Shown in pieces: positions 1-13,859 of a stretch of DNA of 64,000 nucleotides. Below the pieces are notes generated by a model, which made no database searches, was not told where the DNA came from, and saw only the letters and a program-made list of their open reading frames with translations. The stretch is from positions 203,176,001-203,240,000 of the forward strand of contig NC_058368.1 in assembly GCF_018350175.1 (NCBI RefSeq), read 5' to 3'. Within the stretch, counting starts at the first letter, position 1. Every line of letters starts with the position of its first letter. The DNA comes from Felis catus. Lineage: Eukaryota. A program made the position numbers and the translations under genes.

Positions 1-170
1 AGTGAGAGCAGGGGAGGAACAGAGAGAGAGGGAGACGCAGATTCTGAAGCAGGCTCCAGGCTCTAAGCTGTCAGCACACAGCCCAAAGCAGGGTTCTAAC
101 CCACGAACCATGAGATCATGACCTGAGCCAAAGTCGGTCGTTCAACTGACTGAGCCACCCATGCACCCCC
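1..170 (-). mobile_element. Can-SINE (truncated by window edge)
   Basis: Reverse-complement SINE body: caggctccaggctct...gagatcatgacctgagccaaagtcgg...gagccacccatgcacccc. Confidence 0.9.
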
Positions 171-2358
171 ATGATTAAATTTTAATTATATTTGCTTCAT
201 GTAAATGAAGAAAGTAGATCTCAGAAATAAAGAGGGATTGACCTGAGATTCTCAAAGTCTATACCCATCTGAAAATATTTAACTCCTTAGCTACTTTTTT
301 ATTAGGAAAAAGTAAACTCGCATATCAAGAATATGAACACATCCACTGAAAGCCCATTATGTCTGAGCTGTTTCCAAACAGGCCCACCACCTTCACCAAA
401 TTTAATCTTTGTAGAGTGAAGACTAATCTACATCTTCCCTTACTGTCATCCTTTTCATTTCCACCTTCTCTTCCCCTTTCTTGCCCCCCACATCCAAGCC
501 TGAAGACACTGGAGTATAATGAAGAAAGGGAGAGAAGGTCATACACAGAGTTACCAGTGGCTGAAGAAGTGAAATTGTGAAGGAAGTGAGGTACCCAAGC
601 AAGCAATTAGCATAGGGCAAGTGGCTAAAGGGTCAGGGGATGGTGGTGGCAGGCAGCATGGATGAGGGGAAAAGGTAGAGGATGCAGCTGTAGTGGTTGG
701 AGAAATAGTTGGTGTCCTTGAGTAAACAAGGTAATTTGTAGAATAAATAAGTACATACATGAAGAGCCAGGTTTCTCACCACTCAGAAAAGATTTACAAA
801 GAAGAGGAGAAGACTACTGTGGAAAAAAGTTGTGAGAGACTTTGAAATGGACCAAAACTACCAATGAAGGTCTTTGGAGGAAAACTAGTGCTAAGTGTAC
901 GCTTCTGGGATGTCTGTTTCTAAGGGGTCTCTGTGCCTTTCATTGTCTTTGAGCTACTTTACTGTTCTGTAAGCTGTAGATATCAGATATCAATGCAATC
1001 TTTCTCATTTAACACATGTACATGAATGTTGTCAAATGGAAACATAATGGATCTCCCCCTCACCCCTCTTCCAACCACCACCCTTGGAATAAGCCAGTTT
1101 TGTATCTAGTTTTAAATTTGCTTAAGCATTCCTTATCTGCCTTTATATGCGTGGCTCTTTGACTTCTCCTTTTAGCCAGTTGCAATTATCTTGCTATTCA
1201 CTCATTAATGTGAGTTAAGTAAAATATTTGGGTAGTGTTCATTTTATACCTGCATAAGAAATCTAATTTTACTGTTAAAATTTATCTTTTAACACTATTA
1301 AGCAATCCTGAAGCGTTGAATTGGAATTGAAAGTATCTGTGTGTACTCACTGAGTTTTCAAAATATTGACATAGATTTAGAAATAGTCATGACAGTATAT
1401 AGTAACACCTCTCTTTCTCCCATTCTCCACTGAAAGGAACCTGGCTTCCTGGGGACATGGCTGACACAAGGGAGAAACAGGGAAAGATGATAAACTTGGG
1501 ACATTTTTTATGCAATAAAATAAAAATATTCTGAAAGGAGTCAGCTTGAAGGATCTCTTACAGGTCAAAATTTATATAATTTGAATATCAAAATATATAA
1601 TGAGTGTACAGAATTATAGCCTACTAAATAAAATAGGAACCTATTATTCTATACTGATATAAACAAACAAATAAAACATTCTTTCTTATTTCTAATAAAT
1701 AATTACAAATGAATAATCAGTTTTGGGCAACTCTCATAGTGCTAATTGGTAAAGATGGATGCTACCAATAAATCTTAAAACTGGTAAGATTTGATGAAGA
1801 CAGTGTGTTGGGGCAGTGTCAGAATAACTTGACACAAAATACGAATCAAATTCCAAAGGAAAATGATGACTTTGACAAAATTTGGCAACCATCAAATTGA
1901 CCAGGTGATCAGTGGTGGAAATTCACTAAAATTGTGTGTGCTCTGATGTAGTACATGGAGAATGAGAACAGCACTTTTTTTCCCTTGCTCTTTTAAATAT
2001 TCTTGCCAAGAATGCAGGAATACATTCTTAGATTGAGAGTTTGCTCATGAGAAAACATCAGTCAGACTCAGCTTGAGGGCTATTCTACATAGTAAAAGAC
2101 CTGTACTCTTTAAAACACTGTGAAGGGAAGGGGAGACACGAAAAGTGAGCAACTATTTACAACTGCAGGAGATTGAAGACACCTAGCCACTAAATGCAAT
2201 GTGTGTTTCTGGATTGGATCCTGACCCAGGAAGGAAAAAGATGATGTGATGTTTAGTAAAATTTGAATGGGATTTATGGATTGTACGATAGGGTTATATT
2301 ACTGTTGATTTGCTAATTTGAAAGGTTATAATGTATAGTGATAATGCAGGAGAGTTTT

Positions 2359-2574
2359 TTTAATTTTAATTTTATTTTTTTTAGAGAGAGAGTATGACTG
2401 GGAGAGAGGGGTTGGGGGGCGGGGAGAGAGAGAGAGAGAGGGAGAGAGAATCCCAAGCAGGCTCCACACTTAGCATGGAGCCCTATATGGGACTCCATAC
2501 CACAAACCCAGGATCATGACCTGAGCCAAAATCAAGAGTCGGATGCTCAGGGGACTGAGCCACCCAAGAGCCCC
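2359..2574 (-). mobile_element. Can-SINE
   Basis: T tail, (GA)n, SINE body; TSD atg(c/t)aggagagtttt at 2344 and 2575. Confidence 0.9.
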
Positions 2575-4069
2575 ATGTAGGAGAGTTTTGATGTCTTAGG
2601 GCAATACATCCTGGAATTTAAGTATAAGCTACATGCCAAAGAAAAGCCTCACATAAGTGTGTAAAAATAACAAAAAGGCCATGTCATCCGGTGAACATTC
2701 TAAGCATGAATTGATCAGGGTCTAGATAGAAACAGATGTACATTTGAATTGGGCAATTTAGGACAGATTAATAAAGGGACTATGTTAAAAAATAGGGGCG
2801 TTATGTGGAGAAACCACAAGCAAGAGCATGATACTCCCAGACGAGGAATGGCGGGATACTTTGTGGAGAGGTTCATTAGCGATTCAGGTGACATGAAGGG
2901 AATCAATACCTTTTCTCATGTTATTTGGCTCTGGTGATTTCTGTTTTATCCCACATTTCCCTGGTGCTGAATGACTCCAAAACCTTCACCACAGCATTCA
3001 CTCTGGAGCCACAGTGACAATGATAGTATGCTGTCTTTATAACCTGAATCCTTGCTCTATTTTGGGTTCGCCAAGTGACCAGATAATAAGATATTCTGCT
3101 TCTTCCCTTTTCCTCCAGGCTGAGTATGCTAACCTTGATTAATCACTCAGCTTAGCCTGCCAAAATTGAACTGGTCACTAACATTGTTTCTGGCACTAAA
3201 CAAAGCGGTTGACAAAAGATTATTTGAGTGATCAAGCAGAAATCTTAAGGGATGTCAGCTGTTGGCATCATTAACTTGTAAGGCAGAAGCCAACATCTGT
3301 CCTGATGATCTGCATACAATCGCTGCTGAACTTTTCTCGAAGTGCTTAGTGATCGTGCAACCCAACTCCACCCAATGTTTTGCTACAACAATCAACAGAT
3401 ATATTCCAAAGTTTTACCTTTGGGTTCATGGATAACAATTTAAATCATGGCTTTTGGGGAACATAATTGAATTTGAACAGACCAGCCAGGGTTATCAACA
3501 CAATTGTTACAAATGGCTGTTGTCCAAACAACCCTCCTCACAAGGGCTGTTTCTAACACATCAGCCTTCCTTTATTTGCATCACATATCACTCTTTGTTA
3601 CTTGTTAGGATTTTCCTCCAGTTCTAATACCAAAATTCAGAAGCGGAGGGCATGGCAAAGACACCATATTGCTGTAGCTTTCAACACTTTTGTTCCCAAC
3701 CCCAAGTACTTGAATGAACATATACTTCAAGGCAGGATTTTGAAGCTCATTATAATATAAATAAATGCTTGCCTTGGTGTAGATGAATCACCAAGGTATT
3801 TTGTTTCACTGCACCAATATTGCCTCATTTTTATTTATGCACACACACACATGTGGCGTGGGGTTGGGGGCATGTGTGTAATAAGATGGGGGAGAAAAAT
3901 GAAGGGGTGAGGAAGGGAGGAAAGGAGAGGAGAGGAAAAAAACAATGTTTAGGTAATAGATATAGTATAGATAGATATGTCCCAACATAACTGAGAAGAA
4001 TATGGTAGTTATCAAAAAAATGAAAAGCCGCAAGACTATGTTCACTTCTTTACTGGCTATTCCCCACTA

Positions 4070-4300
4070 CACTGGTTTCCTGAGGCTTCTGTAACAAATT
4101 ACCACAAACTTTGTGGCTTACGATATGGAAATTGTTTCTTTGACCATTTTGGAGGCCAAAAGTCCAACATCAGTTTCTCTGGGCCCAACTCAAGGTGTCA
4201 TCAAAGACTCCTTTTTTCCCCCCAAGTATTATAACATTCACAGGTTCCAGGGATATGGGTTTCTTTGGGGGGCTATTTTTCAGCCTACCACGCCCACCAA
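4070..4300. mobile_element. MaLR MLT1-type LTR fragment
   Basis: ctgtaacaaattaccacaaact..gtggctta...ttggaggcc..aagtcc motif recalled from MLT1. Confidence 0.55.
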
Positions 4301-5287
4301 CACACTATTACACTCACTCCTCTTCCACTGTTACCAGTTGTTAAAACTTGTAAAATGGTTTTTGGACACAAAGAACTAGATCAATCTGGGAAAAAGGCTG
4401 AGTCTGAAATGATGAGACAACTCATTATTATTTGTAGCAAATGGGCCATGCCTGGAAATACAGTCTTTCCTTTTCCCTCCAGTCTGAGAGCTCTCTGAAA
4501 GTGGAGTCTGTCTTGTTATCTTGGGATCTTTCATGATCAGCTCAATATTTCCCACACGGTAATAGGGAATAGTGTCCATGCAATAAACAAACAAATGTGT
4601 GAATTATGGTCATGTATCATCTCATAGTTCCCATGCTTCCTTCTACATTGACAAGATCAATGATGGAGGTCTCAGTCACAGTGAAGTTAACTGATGGGTT
4701 CTTTAGTCCTGGGGCTTTGCACCTCTGATCCTGAGGGCCTATTTTGTTCCTTTTCCCAGCACAGTTTCGTGTGGCTCTTTCTTCTTTCTGTGTCTTCCTC
4801 ATGCTACGAACCACAGTAGCCAGCAACTGGCTCTTTTCCCAGTACTGTCGCCTCCAGCAATGTAGCTCTTGAGCAGAAACCCAGCATGTGGCAATCCTTC
4901 AAGGATAGACCATGAAAGGCCCTGCAGAGAGACACTGCCATTGGCCAAGACATATGCAATGGTGCAATGGTGGGCCTTCATCTGTGCCCTGATTTCTTTT
5001 TGTTACCTTCTTTTCTGAAACTAGGAGAAAGTCTTTTCTTCTATATATCAGCAAGTCTCATTGGGTATATTTGGTCAGGGAAGTTTTTTCACTGTCTTTC
5101 CCTCCTGAAATTAAAGCTTTTGCTCTGCTTTGACTGCTGTGTTAAGAGAATTCCTCTGATTTCTCCACCATTTCACCCACTGACCATGACCCCCACACTC
5201 ACCATGACCCCCACATTGACCTCCACACTCAGCCACATCATACTTTCTCATACCTTTTTTTTTATTCCTTTAAAAACTTCATCTTCA

Positions 5288-5512
5288 GGGGCGCCTGGGT
5301 GGCGCAGTCGGTTAAGCGTCCGACTTCAGCCAGGTCACGATCTCGCGGTCCGTGGGTTCGAGCCCCGTGTCGGGCTCTGGGCTGATGGCTCAGAGCCTGG
5401 AGCCTGTTTCCGATTCTGTGTCTCCCTCTCTCTCTGCCCCTCCCCCGTTCATGCTCTGTCTCTCTCTGTCCCAAAAATAAATAAATATTGAAAAAACAAA
5501 AAACAAAAAACA
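5288..5512 (+). mobile_element. Young feline Can-SINE
   Basis: ggggcgcctgggtggcgcagtcggttaagcgtccgacttcagccaggtcacgatctcgcgg..., CpGs intact; perfect 16-bp TSD aaaaacttcatcttca (5272-5287 / 5513-5528). Confidence 0.95.
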
Positions 5513-5931
5513 AAAAACTTCATCTTCAGACTTTGGTTTTTGATTTCTTATCTCTATTCAACCCCCCAAAAAGTATGTATTCAACTACGAGGCTTGGGGA
5601 GAGATAGCCAAAGTGGAATCATGTCATGTTTGGGTCACACATGTTGCACAAAAGGAAAGTTTCTCTGAGGCTTCCTTCCCAGAGCACCATTGCACTAGAG
5701 GTGTTCATGAATTTACTGTAGGATTTGGGGTCCTAGTTGAGTAGCTGCAACCTTTATATTTAAGTTCAGATTTCAACCTACGAAACTGTTCCAAATAGCT
5801 GACATGTTTCCTTCTACAATGGCTCCAAAAAACATTTTCTTTTATAAATTGCAAGACAGACAAAATAGAAATCACCTAAGTCCTCACTTAGAATATATAG
5901 ACATCTTATAGGCAAGAAGAGACCAGCTCTT

Positions 5932-6128
5932 TTGTTTCTTTTCTCTTCTTTTTTTTTTTTTTTTTTTTTTTTTTGAGAGAGAGAGAGTGCATATGACGGA
6001 GGGACAGAGGGAGGATCCATGCCCAGTGAGGAGCCCAATAAGGGGCTCAATCTCACAACTGTGAGATCACGACCTGAGGCAAAATCAAGAGTTGAATGCT
6101 TAAACAACTGAGCCACCCAAGCGCCCCC
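5932..6128 (-). mobile_element. Can-SINE
   Basis: Poly-T tail and body; TSD gaagagacca(g/c)ctctt at 5916 and 6129. Confidence 0.9.
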
Positions 6129-7369
6129 GAAGAGACCACCTCTTAAAGATGATCTGTTTCATTGACATAAAAAGGATGCCAAGGTCAGTATTATTAATGA
6201 AAAATATGAAAAACCACTTCACTGGGAAAAGAATGGCAGAAGAATAAGCGTGGAAATGGAGAAAGGGAAGTGAGGCCAAAGGAAGCACAAAATACTAAGG
6301 GCAACTGATTTGCCCAAGATCACAGGACTAATAGTTGCAAAGACAGGATTGGAATTCAAATACCCAGAGCCATAATGCAGAGTTATTTCCTCTACCCAGA
6401 GTTTCCCAGTCAGCGTGTCAAGAGTGAGCTATAAGTATAGGAAATAACGATTCCTTTTGCACAGCAGATGGAGCCCGGGATGGGAGGACTCCATAAGCCA
6501 GTTGCTGCTACCAAAAATAGCCCGGTTCTATTTACAAGAGTGTGCTAATGTAAATATGAATTTACTTGTGTTCTAGGATATAAAAAATACTGGGAAGCAC
6601 TGTGGAGTCTTGACGAGACTTGCGAGGCTTTGCAAGACCTGGAGGGAAAGTTTTTGACTGGGATGGCAGATAAGCATCTTTGTAAAAATGCCTTGTCTCA
6701 CGAACCTGAGAGGACACACAGTTTATGTCAGGGTACCCCCGAAATTCTGTGGTAGGTATAAGGACAGGGAGTACTCCTGGAGGACAATATTATATTGAGA
6801 AGACCTACGTTAAAGAAGGAGATTACTTGAAATTGCACGGAAAAACAGACTTGTGTGAAAAATCTTTTCGTACATCTGTAATTGAGTCATCTAACATAGA
6901 ATGACATGGAGTCATCTAACAAGTCAGCTTTATGCAGGCTGGCTTGAGGACCAGCTAGTAAGCTTGTGGAAAGCTTCCACTTTTGGCTACTCCCTTCTAG
7001 CAGGTAATAGAGACCATTTAATGTGGCTGATACGAGGGGTTTTTATTGTCTCTGCTAGTGTAATGTTAGTGAGGAGGGCTTCCTGAAACAACAAGAGTGA
7101 GAAGTTCAGAAAAATCTCTAAAGCAACATGCAGAGAGCCAGCAGCAGCCACGGCTTAATTAGAGCCATGCCTTCAACAGCAGCTTGATCTGGGCAGAGTG
7201 CAGAGTTTCCTTTTGTGGTCCTCTATTCTGCTTCCTGTGGCCTTTAATTCACAAAGCCTATGTCAGTTTCAAAACATGAATCCAAATTCTTTGCTTTTTG
7301 TCATCAAGAAGTGTCATCACCCTTCTCTTGAATCTTGGTGAACTTAATGCTGTGACCAGTTGATTGCAG

Positions 7370-7710
7370 TGAAAGAATGCTGTGGGACCTGAGACTAAGT
7401 GGGGAAAGGCCATGCAGCCCCCACTCATTCTTTTTAGGAACTCACTTATGGAGCCCTGAACCATTATGTAAAAAGTCCAACTACGCTAAAACCTCCATGC
7501 TATGAGGAGGCCCAAGCCACAAAGAGAGGCCAAGTGTATGTGCTTTGGTCAACCGGCCCCAGCTGTGCTCCTAGCCAACAGCAAGCATCAATTGCCAGGC
7601 ATGTAAGTGAAGATAACTCCAGATGATGCCAACATGTACCTGTTAAGTCACTTTCAGTATCTGAATTTTACGAGGTGAAAACCTAACACCCAAACCATTC
7701 CTGCCATAGG
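7370..7710. mobile_element. MaLR MLT1-type LTR fragment
   Basis: ggagccctgaaccattatgtaaaaagtccaactac...gaggaggcccaagccac...cccagc...gccaggcatgtaagtgaag motif. Confidence 0.55.
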
Positions 7711-8352
7711 CCTTTGTAACCTCCAAAGCATATCATGTAAGCTATCACACTGCTCCACTGTGTAAGGTCAATACTGAGTCCAACTCCCTGCCGAAGCCAG
7801 ATCCAATTTAAATGTTTTGTTACTTTCCCCCACATCCAACGCCCCTTTGTTGCAGATTTGTTGCCATTTTCAAATGGTCATATATTAATACTGAAGACTT
7901 GTAATGTCTATATTTAAATACGTATTTAATAATAACTTTTCATGCTCTATCTCTGGATTATTTAGCATTAAAATCCATTTTTTTCTGGCAAAGAAATGAC
8001 ATATGGCAAATAACTGATACAAGTGGAATTAACAGAATAGCAAGAATCTAGTTCCTAATACCCAGCTCTGTCCCTTGCTCAAGAAATGCTTAGTGACTAC
8101 AAATATAGGACAAAGAAGAAGGGTACAATAAATGGCCTCCATTTCTCACTGTTTGTTTTAATGCTTCCATGTTCAGTACTTCTCCCAGAAGAAAAAAATC
8201 CTTTACTAAAAGTACAACCCCTTCTCCACAGAATCTATGTGATTCTATGAAGCACACTGAAGATATTCCATTGCTTAGTCATAAGTCCATTTATCTAGGT
8301 TGTCAAAGAAAGATGAGATGGTCTGGATTCTAAAATACTCATTGCACACCTG

Positions 8353-8386
<34 letters not shown>

Positions 8387-8756
8387 CTTTACCAACTATA
8401 GTTCAAAAGAAACAAGATATCAGTCTTTTAATCCAAAAGGTCAGGTAGTTAATACACAGACCAAACTCTTAGACAACTTACCTTTTGGTGTGACCTGACT
8501 CACAAGTTCTCCTCTATGCTTGTTTGAAGAATAGAAACAGGTCAATAAGTAATCGATGTTGCATTGAGAAAATTACCAAAAGCTAATGATCACTTGAGCC
8601 TCAAGCTGCATACTAACTGGAAAATTCCTATATGGAAGTAAATGGTATCATCTGAGAGTTACTCTGAGCACCCTAGTATTAATGCCACATCAAACATATA
8701 TGTGACCTGGGGCAAATCTCTTAACCTGGCTTCTATTACTTTAAACTTAGAAAATT

Positions 8757-8960
8757 GGGGTGCCCGGGGGGCTCAGTCGGTTAAGCGTCTGACTTTGGCT
8801 CAGGTCATGAACTCGCGGTTCCTGAGTTTGAGCCCCGGGTAGGACTCTGCTCACAGCTCGGAGTCTGGAGCCTGCTTGGGAGTCTTTGTCTCCCTCTCTC
8901 TCCTCCCCTGCTCACACCCTGTCTCTCTTTCTCTCTCAAATATAAAGATTAAAAAAAATT
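8757..8960 (+). mobile_element. Can-SINE
   Basis: ggggtgcccggggggctcagtcggttaagcgtctgactttggctcaggtcatga..., (CT)n and A tail. Confidence 0.9.
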
Positions 8961-9269
8961 TTTTTAACTGGAAAATTGTACTAGATCATCATGTGGGAAT
9001 GTGGATTCTCAAATAAATTTGTACATTAGGCCAGCTTCTTATCCCTAGAGTCTCTGTTTATGCTACCCGGAAGTTTGTCTAGCCTGCGTTTGCCTATGTG
9101 CTTTGTGCGTGTGCCTACTTGTGCTTGTGTGCACACACATGCACACACACATATATACACACAGCTTTTGCTACATGCAACATACTATTTGCTTAATTAT
9201 ATTTGTATAATTGTAGTAGAAGCCCTAATTTTTTTTTCTGTTTTGTAATGTGAGTGCCTGACAGGTTTT

Positions 9270-10325
9270 GATTGCTGAGGCATCAACTTCAAAAAGGCAG
9301 CCACTTTAAGACAGCTGTCTCTAATAAACACCTTGCTGATTTCACAAGGAGATCAAAAGCCAGGCTGCCTCCCCCCACCTGAGTCTCCTTTGTTTTAGAG
9401 ATCTTTTCTTATTTTCTGTAAATAACCATTTGGGCCACTTGTTTTTTTTCTCTTCGCATGCTAAATTCCTGCTCTTAGGTATTTTTTGTTTCAAGTTTAT
9501 TTATTTTGAAAGAGAGAAAGCATGCAATTGGAGTAAGAGAAGGGGGAGAGAGAGCAAGAGAGAGAGAGGGAGAGAGAATCTCAAGCAGGCTCCATGCTGT
9601 CAGCACAGAGCTGCAGGGCTCAATCTCATGAACTGAGAAATCATGACCTGAGCTGAAATCAAGAGTCTAACACTTAACCGACTGAGCCACCCAGAAACCC
9701 CTCCTGCTCTTATGTGTGTGGGGTTTTTTTAATTTAAAAAATATTTTATTTATGTTTGAGAGAGAGAGAGAGAGAGAGATGCAGAATATGAACAAGGGAG
9801 GGGTAGAGGGAGAGGGAGACACAGAATTTAAAGCCAGCTCCAGGCTCTGAGCTGTCAGCACAGAGCCCAACACAGGGCTTGAACTTGGGAACCTTAAGGT
9901 CATGACCTGAACCAAAGCCGGACATTTAACTGACTGAGCCACCCAGGCGCCCCAGTTCATATGTTTTAAATTTCCCAAAAAAGAGTGAGCCTGTGGCACC
10001 TGGCTGGCTCAGCCAGTAGAGCATGTGACTCTCGATCTTGGGGTTGTGAGTTAAAGCCACATGTTGGGCATGGAGCCTACTTAAAAAAAAAAAAAAAAAG
10101 AGTGACCCTGTGAAACCCTAGGCCCCTACTCACTACCCCAATAAAAGCAGAACCCCAGGCCCACACCTCCCTCTTCCTTAACTTCTCTGTGTGATGCCAG
10201 GTATACCAACTAATTTTTACAACTTGTAGGTAATAAACCTTTTTGTTTTCAGTTTCCTGATGGTTATTGCTACAGGCATCTTCCAATCATAATAAGAACC
10301 ACCAGGGTTAGTCCAGCCACAACAG
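9270..10325 (+). mobile_element. ERV-type LTR interrupted by three Can-SINEs
   Basis: LTR-like sequence at about 9270-9480 resumes at about 10100-10324, with AATAAA and a terminal ...ccagccacaaca. SINEs at about 9480-9700 (-), 9725-9953 (-) and 9993-10100 (+, short). LTR family (MER34/MER39-like) is a recollection only. Confidence 0.55.
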
Positions 10326-10489
10326 TGGTTATCAATAGGCTGAAACCAGCAAATACTATATTTGCATAAAGCTTATATGTCATACGTTCAGAAAAATGTA
10401 GACAATATTGAATGAAAACCAACATGCCCATCATCCAAGCTTACCAAATACTATTATATTATTTTGGTATACATAGTCTTGACCCTCTC

Positions 10490-10700
10490 TCTTTTTATTT
10501 CATTTTTTATTTTTTAAGTTTATTTATTTTGAGAGATGGAGCATGCATGCTCATGAGAGTGGGGGAGGGGAGAGAGAGAGAGAAAAGAGAGAATCCTAAG
10601 CAGGCCCCACGCTCAGTGCAGAACCCAACCCAGGGCTTGATCTCATGACAGTGAGAAACCAAGAGTCAGATGCTTAACTAACTGAGCCATCCAAGCACCC
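10490..10700 (-). mobile_element. Can-SINE
   Basis: T-rich tail, (GA)n, ...tgcttaactaactgagccatccaagcaccc. Confidence 0.85.
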
Positions 10701-11440
10701 TGATCCTCCTTCTTTTTAAAAACAAGTAAAATGTTGCAAATATAACTAAGCAAACATAACCATGGAACATATTCCCCACCCACTCTAATGTTTTCCACTT
10801 CCTGCCTTATCATTCTATAACATCCTGAAGGGTGTATAGAGGTTTCAATGCGTATTTTTAGATTTTACGCATATGTAGAATTCCATTACTAATATAATAT
10901 AATATAGTAATATAATATAATATAATAATATAATATAATAAATATCCTCTGGACTTCTAAAAATTACATAAATGGGATGATACCATATTTTTCAACAACT
11001 TGCCTTTTTCTGGATTCATTCATGTTAATACATTTATAAACTTCATTCACTTAAACACTAGTTGGTACATTTAAATGAGCATATTACAACTTAGGTGTGT
11101 TTTCCTTTATTGTTAAAGATTTAGAGATTTTCCATTTTTCCCCTTTACAAACAGTGGCACAAGGAATATCCTCTTACGTACCTTCTTGTGCACCTGAGCA
11201 GGGTACATTTAGAGTAGTGATCTAGGAGTGCAGTCACTGTGTCACAGGGCGTGTTTATCTTCCACTACGGTGGTTACCACAAGGCAGCAAGCCAAAGTGG
11301 CTGTGTCAACTTAAAGGCCTGCCTGGCGTGTGCAAGAGCTCCCGTTTCCCCACATCCAAAGTGATACATCCAACTTTTTTCCAGTCCAGTGGGAATGATA
11401 TCACAATTCATTATTTCTACTGGCATTTTCAAACTTTTTT

Positions 11441-11685
11441 TTTTCTTTTTCTTTTTTTTTTTTTTTTAATTTTTTTTTAACGTTTTTTATTTATTTTTTT
11501 GGGACAGAGAGAGACATAGCATGAACGGGGGAGGGGCAGAGAGAGAGGGAGACACAGAATCAGAAACAGGCTCCAGGCTCTGAGCCATCAGCCCAGAGCC
11601 CGACGCGGGGCTCGAACTCGCGGACCGCGAGATCGTGACCTGGCTGAAGTCGGACACTTAACCGACTGCGCCACCCAGGCGCCCC
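11441..11685 (-). mobile_element. Young feline Can-SINE nested in the tail of an older SINE stub
   Basis: CpG-rich body; TSD caaactttttt at 11430 and 11686; a second tail plus (GA)n stub follows at about 11690-11745. Confidence 0.92.
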
Positions 11686-12088
11686 CAAACTTTTTTAATG
11701 TTTATTTATACCTGAGAGAGAGAGACAGTGTACAAGTGGGGGAGGGTCTATTTGCACGTCTAACACTGACACAGAGGCTAGGAAGTTTTCTGGTTTTTCT
11801 TACATTTCTTGGCCACATGGCCTCATTTTCTGTGGATTGCCTTTCTTCTAGTCCCTTTCACAGAGAGGACTCACTTGGAGGAGTCAGATTATAAAGTAAA
11901 ATTGGGGGTGAGGGCTGTCTTCCAATCTCTGAGCTCAAGTCTTTAGCCATGGCCATGCCTCCTTTCCCCAGGTGAGTGTTAAAATGCTAATTCCACAGTC
12001 CATTTCCAGGTAGGCTATCACCCAGGCTGCAGACAAGCCACACAGGGCTTACTGGCTTTGAATATCCTCACTGATTCCCACTTATGGA

Positions 12089-12253
12089 TCCTTCCTTCCT
12101 TCCTCCTTTCTTCCCTCCTTCCTTCCCTCTCTTCCTTCCTCCCTCTCTTCCTCCCTTCCTTTTTTCCTTCCTTCCTTCCTCCTCCCTCCTTCCTTCCCTC
12201 TCTTCCTCCTTTCCTCTATTCCTTCCTTCCCTCTTCCCTTCCTTCCTTCCTCC
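12089..12253. repeat. (CCTT)n-type polypyrimidine microsatellite
   Basis: About 165 nt of almost pure C/T. Confidence 0.95.
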
Positions 12254-12724
12254 CAGCTTAGTCATATTTTTAACTTCTTTTGTGGTGCATTTTTTCATAA
12301 AGAATCTATAAAAGGGAGAAAATGGTTGATGCCTTCATCTACCATGTTGCTTGCACTAGAAATCCCTGCTACTTTTATTTCATTTTACGTCAGTATCTCT
12401 GCCTACTGTTCTGCCTGAGTCCCTTTTTCTCTCCAAGATAGCTGTGGAAAAGTATTGCATTTCAAAACTTCTCTATTCTGGTTTTCTGGACATTTTAGAA
12501 AACTATCTACTAGTTGATCTCCCGTCAACCACGTAGAAACAGTAATTTTCACGAAATGAAAAAAATGATAGAAGAGATTGCGAGAGAGATACGGCAGGAC
12601 AGAGAAAGCTTGGTCTTTAAATCTTACCTGTACTGAAAGCTGAGCCCTTTCTTGGCACAGAGTAAGACTAATTCTATTTGGCTACAAGCCATGGATTGCT
12701 CTTAGTGTAAGGTTTAGTTTTCTT

Positions 12725-12936
12725 CTTCTTTTTTAATGTTTATTTATTTTTGAGAGAAAGGGAGAGAGAGCACGAATGGGGGAGGGGCAGAAAGAGGGAG
12801 AAAGAGAATCCCAAGCAGCCTCTGGCACTGACAGCACAGAGCCCAATGCAGGGCTCAAACTCAGGAACCGTGAGATCATGGCCTGAGCCGAAATCAAGAG
12901 TCAGACGCTTAACTGACTGAGCTACCCGGGTGCCCC
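12725..12936 (-). mobile_element. Can-SINE
   Basis: TSD aggtttagttttctt at 12710 and 12937. Confidence 0.92.
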
Positions 12937-13259
12937 AGGTTTAGTTTTCTTGATCAAGTCACTAAAATTTCAGATCAGGGAAGATTCCAGGTGGCACTAG
13001 GCACAACCTAGGAAAATCTTAATTATCCTCAACATTGCTCTTTTGGTTGTGGAATCCCAAGATATTCTACTTTAGGCAGACTTCAGTTTAAAGTCACAGT
13101 ACTTCTGGGCTGACAAGTACCTCAGGGATCAAGGAAATAGTGCATATGATAAAAGGGGTCATCACGGCTTCAAAAAACCTGGTAATGCTGGATGTTTTTA
13201 GAATTCAGATATCCTGTTCCCTCCCTAACTTAGAGGTTTTGGGTTTTTTTTTAACTACC

Positions 13260-13690
13260 TGTATTAACAAAGGACCACAGACTGGATGGCTTAAAACAAC
13301 AGAAGTGTATTATCTCACAGTTTTAGAGGCTGGAAGTCCAAAATCCAGGTGTAGGCAGGGCCATGTTCCTTGGAAACCCGCAGGGGAGAATCCTTTCTTG
13401 TTTCTTCCTGGTCTTTTGGTGGTTTATTGACAATCCTGGGCATTCTTTGGCTTGTAGCTATCTTCAATCTCTGCCTTATCATCATGTGATGTTCTCCATC
13501 CTATTTCCATGTCTCTTTTTCTCGCAAGGACACCAGTCATATTACAGTAAGGGCCCACCTTACCTCTGGTATGACCTCATCTTAGCTGATTACATCTGTA
13601 GTGACTCTGTTTCCAAATAAGCTCACATATTGAGATAGTAGGAATTAGGACTTCAACATATCTTTTTCAGGACACAACTCAACATACACC
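13260..13690 (-). mobile_element. MaLR MLT1 solo LTR
   Basis: ggcttaaaacaacagaag..tattatctcacagttttagaggctggaagtcc...atgacctcatcttagctgattacatctg...tttccaaataag...ttaggacttcaacata. Confidence 0.8.
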
Positions 13691-13859
13691 ATTATACAAT
13701 TTCAATAATTTGTAAGAAAGAGCTTAGTGGTGATCTCTTAAAATAGGATTTTCCCAAACCATCAGTGAGAACTAGTGTCTGCTCCTACAATGTATTAATA
13801 TGACCAAGTGAATATTTATGCATTTCATCATTTTAAGTAGTTTTGTATAAATATTCATC

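Noticed and set aside
4967..5513. 174-aa and 83-aa ORFs, plus similar [23 protein letters not shown]s elsewhere
   Set aside because: Translations of Can-SINE sequence.
12058..12311. Low-complexity ORFs (PSFL/EGRK repeats), also 29865-30110
   Set aside because: Microsatellite translations.
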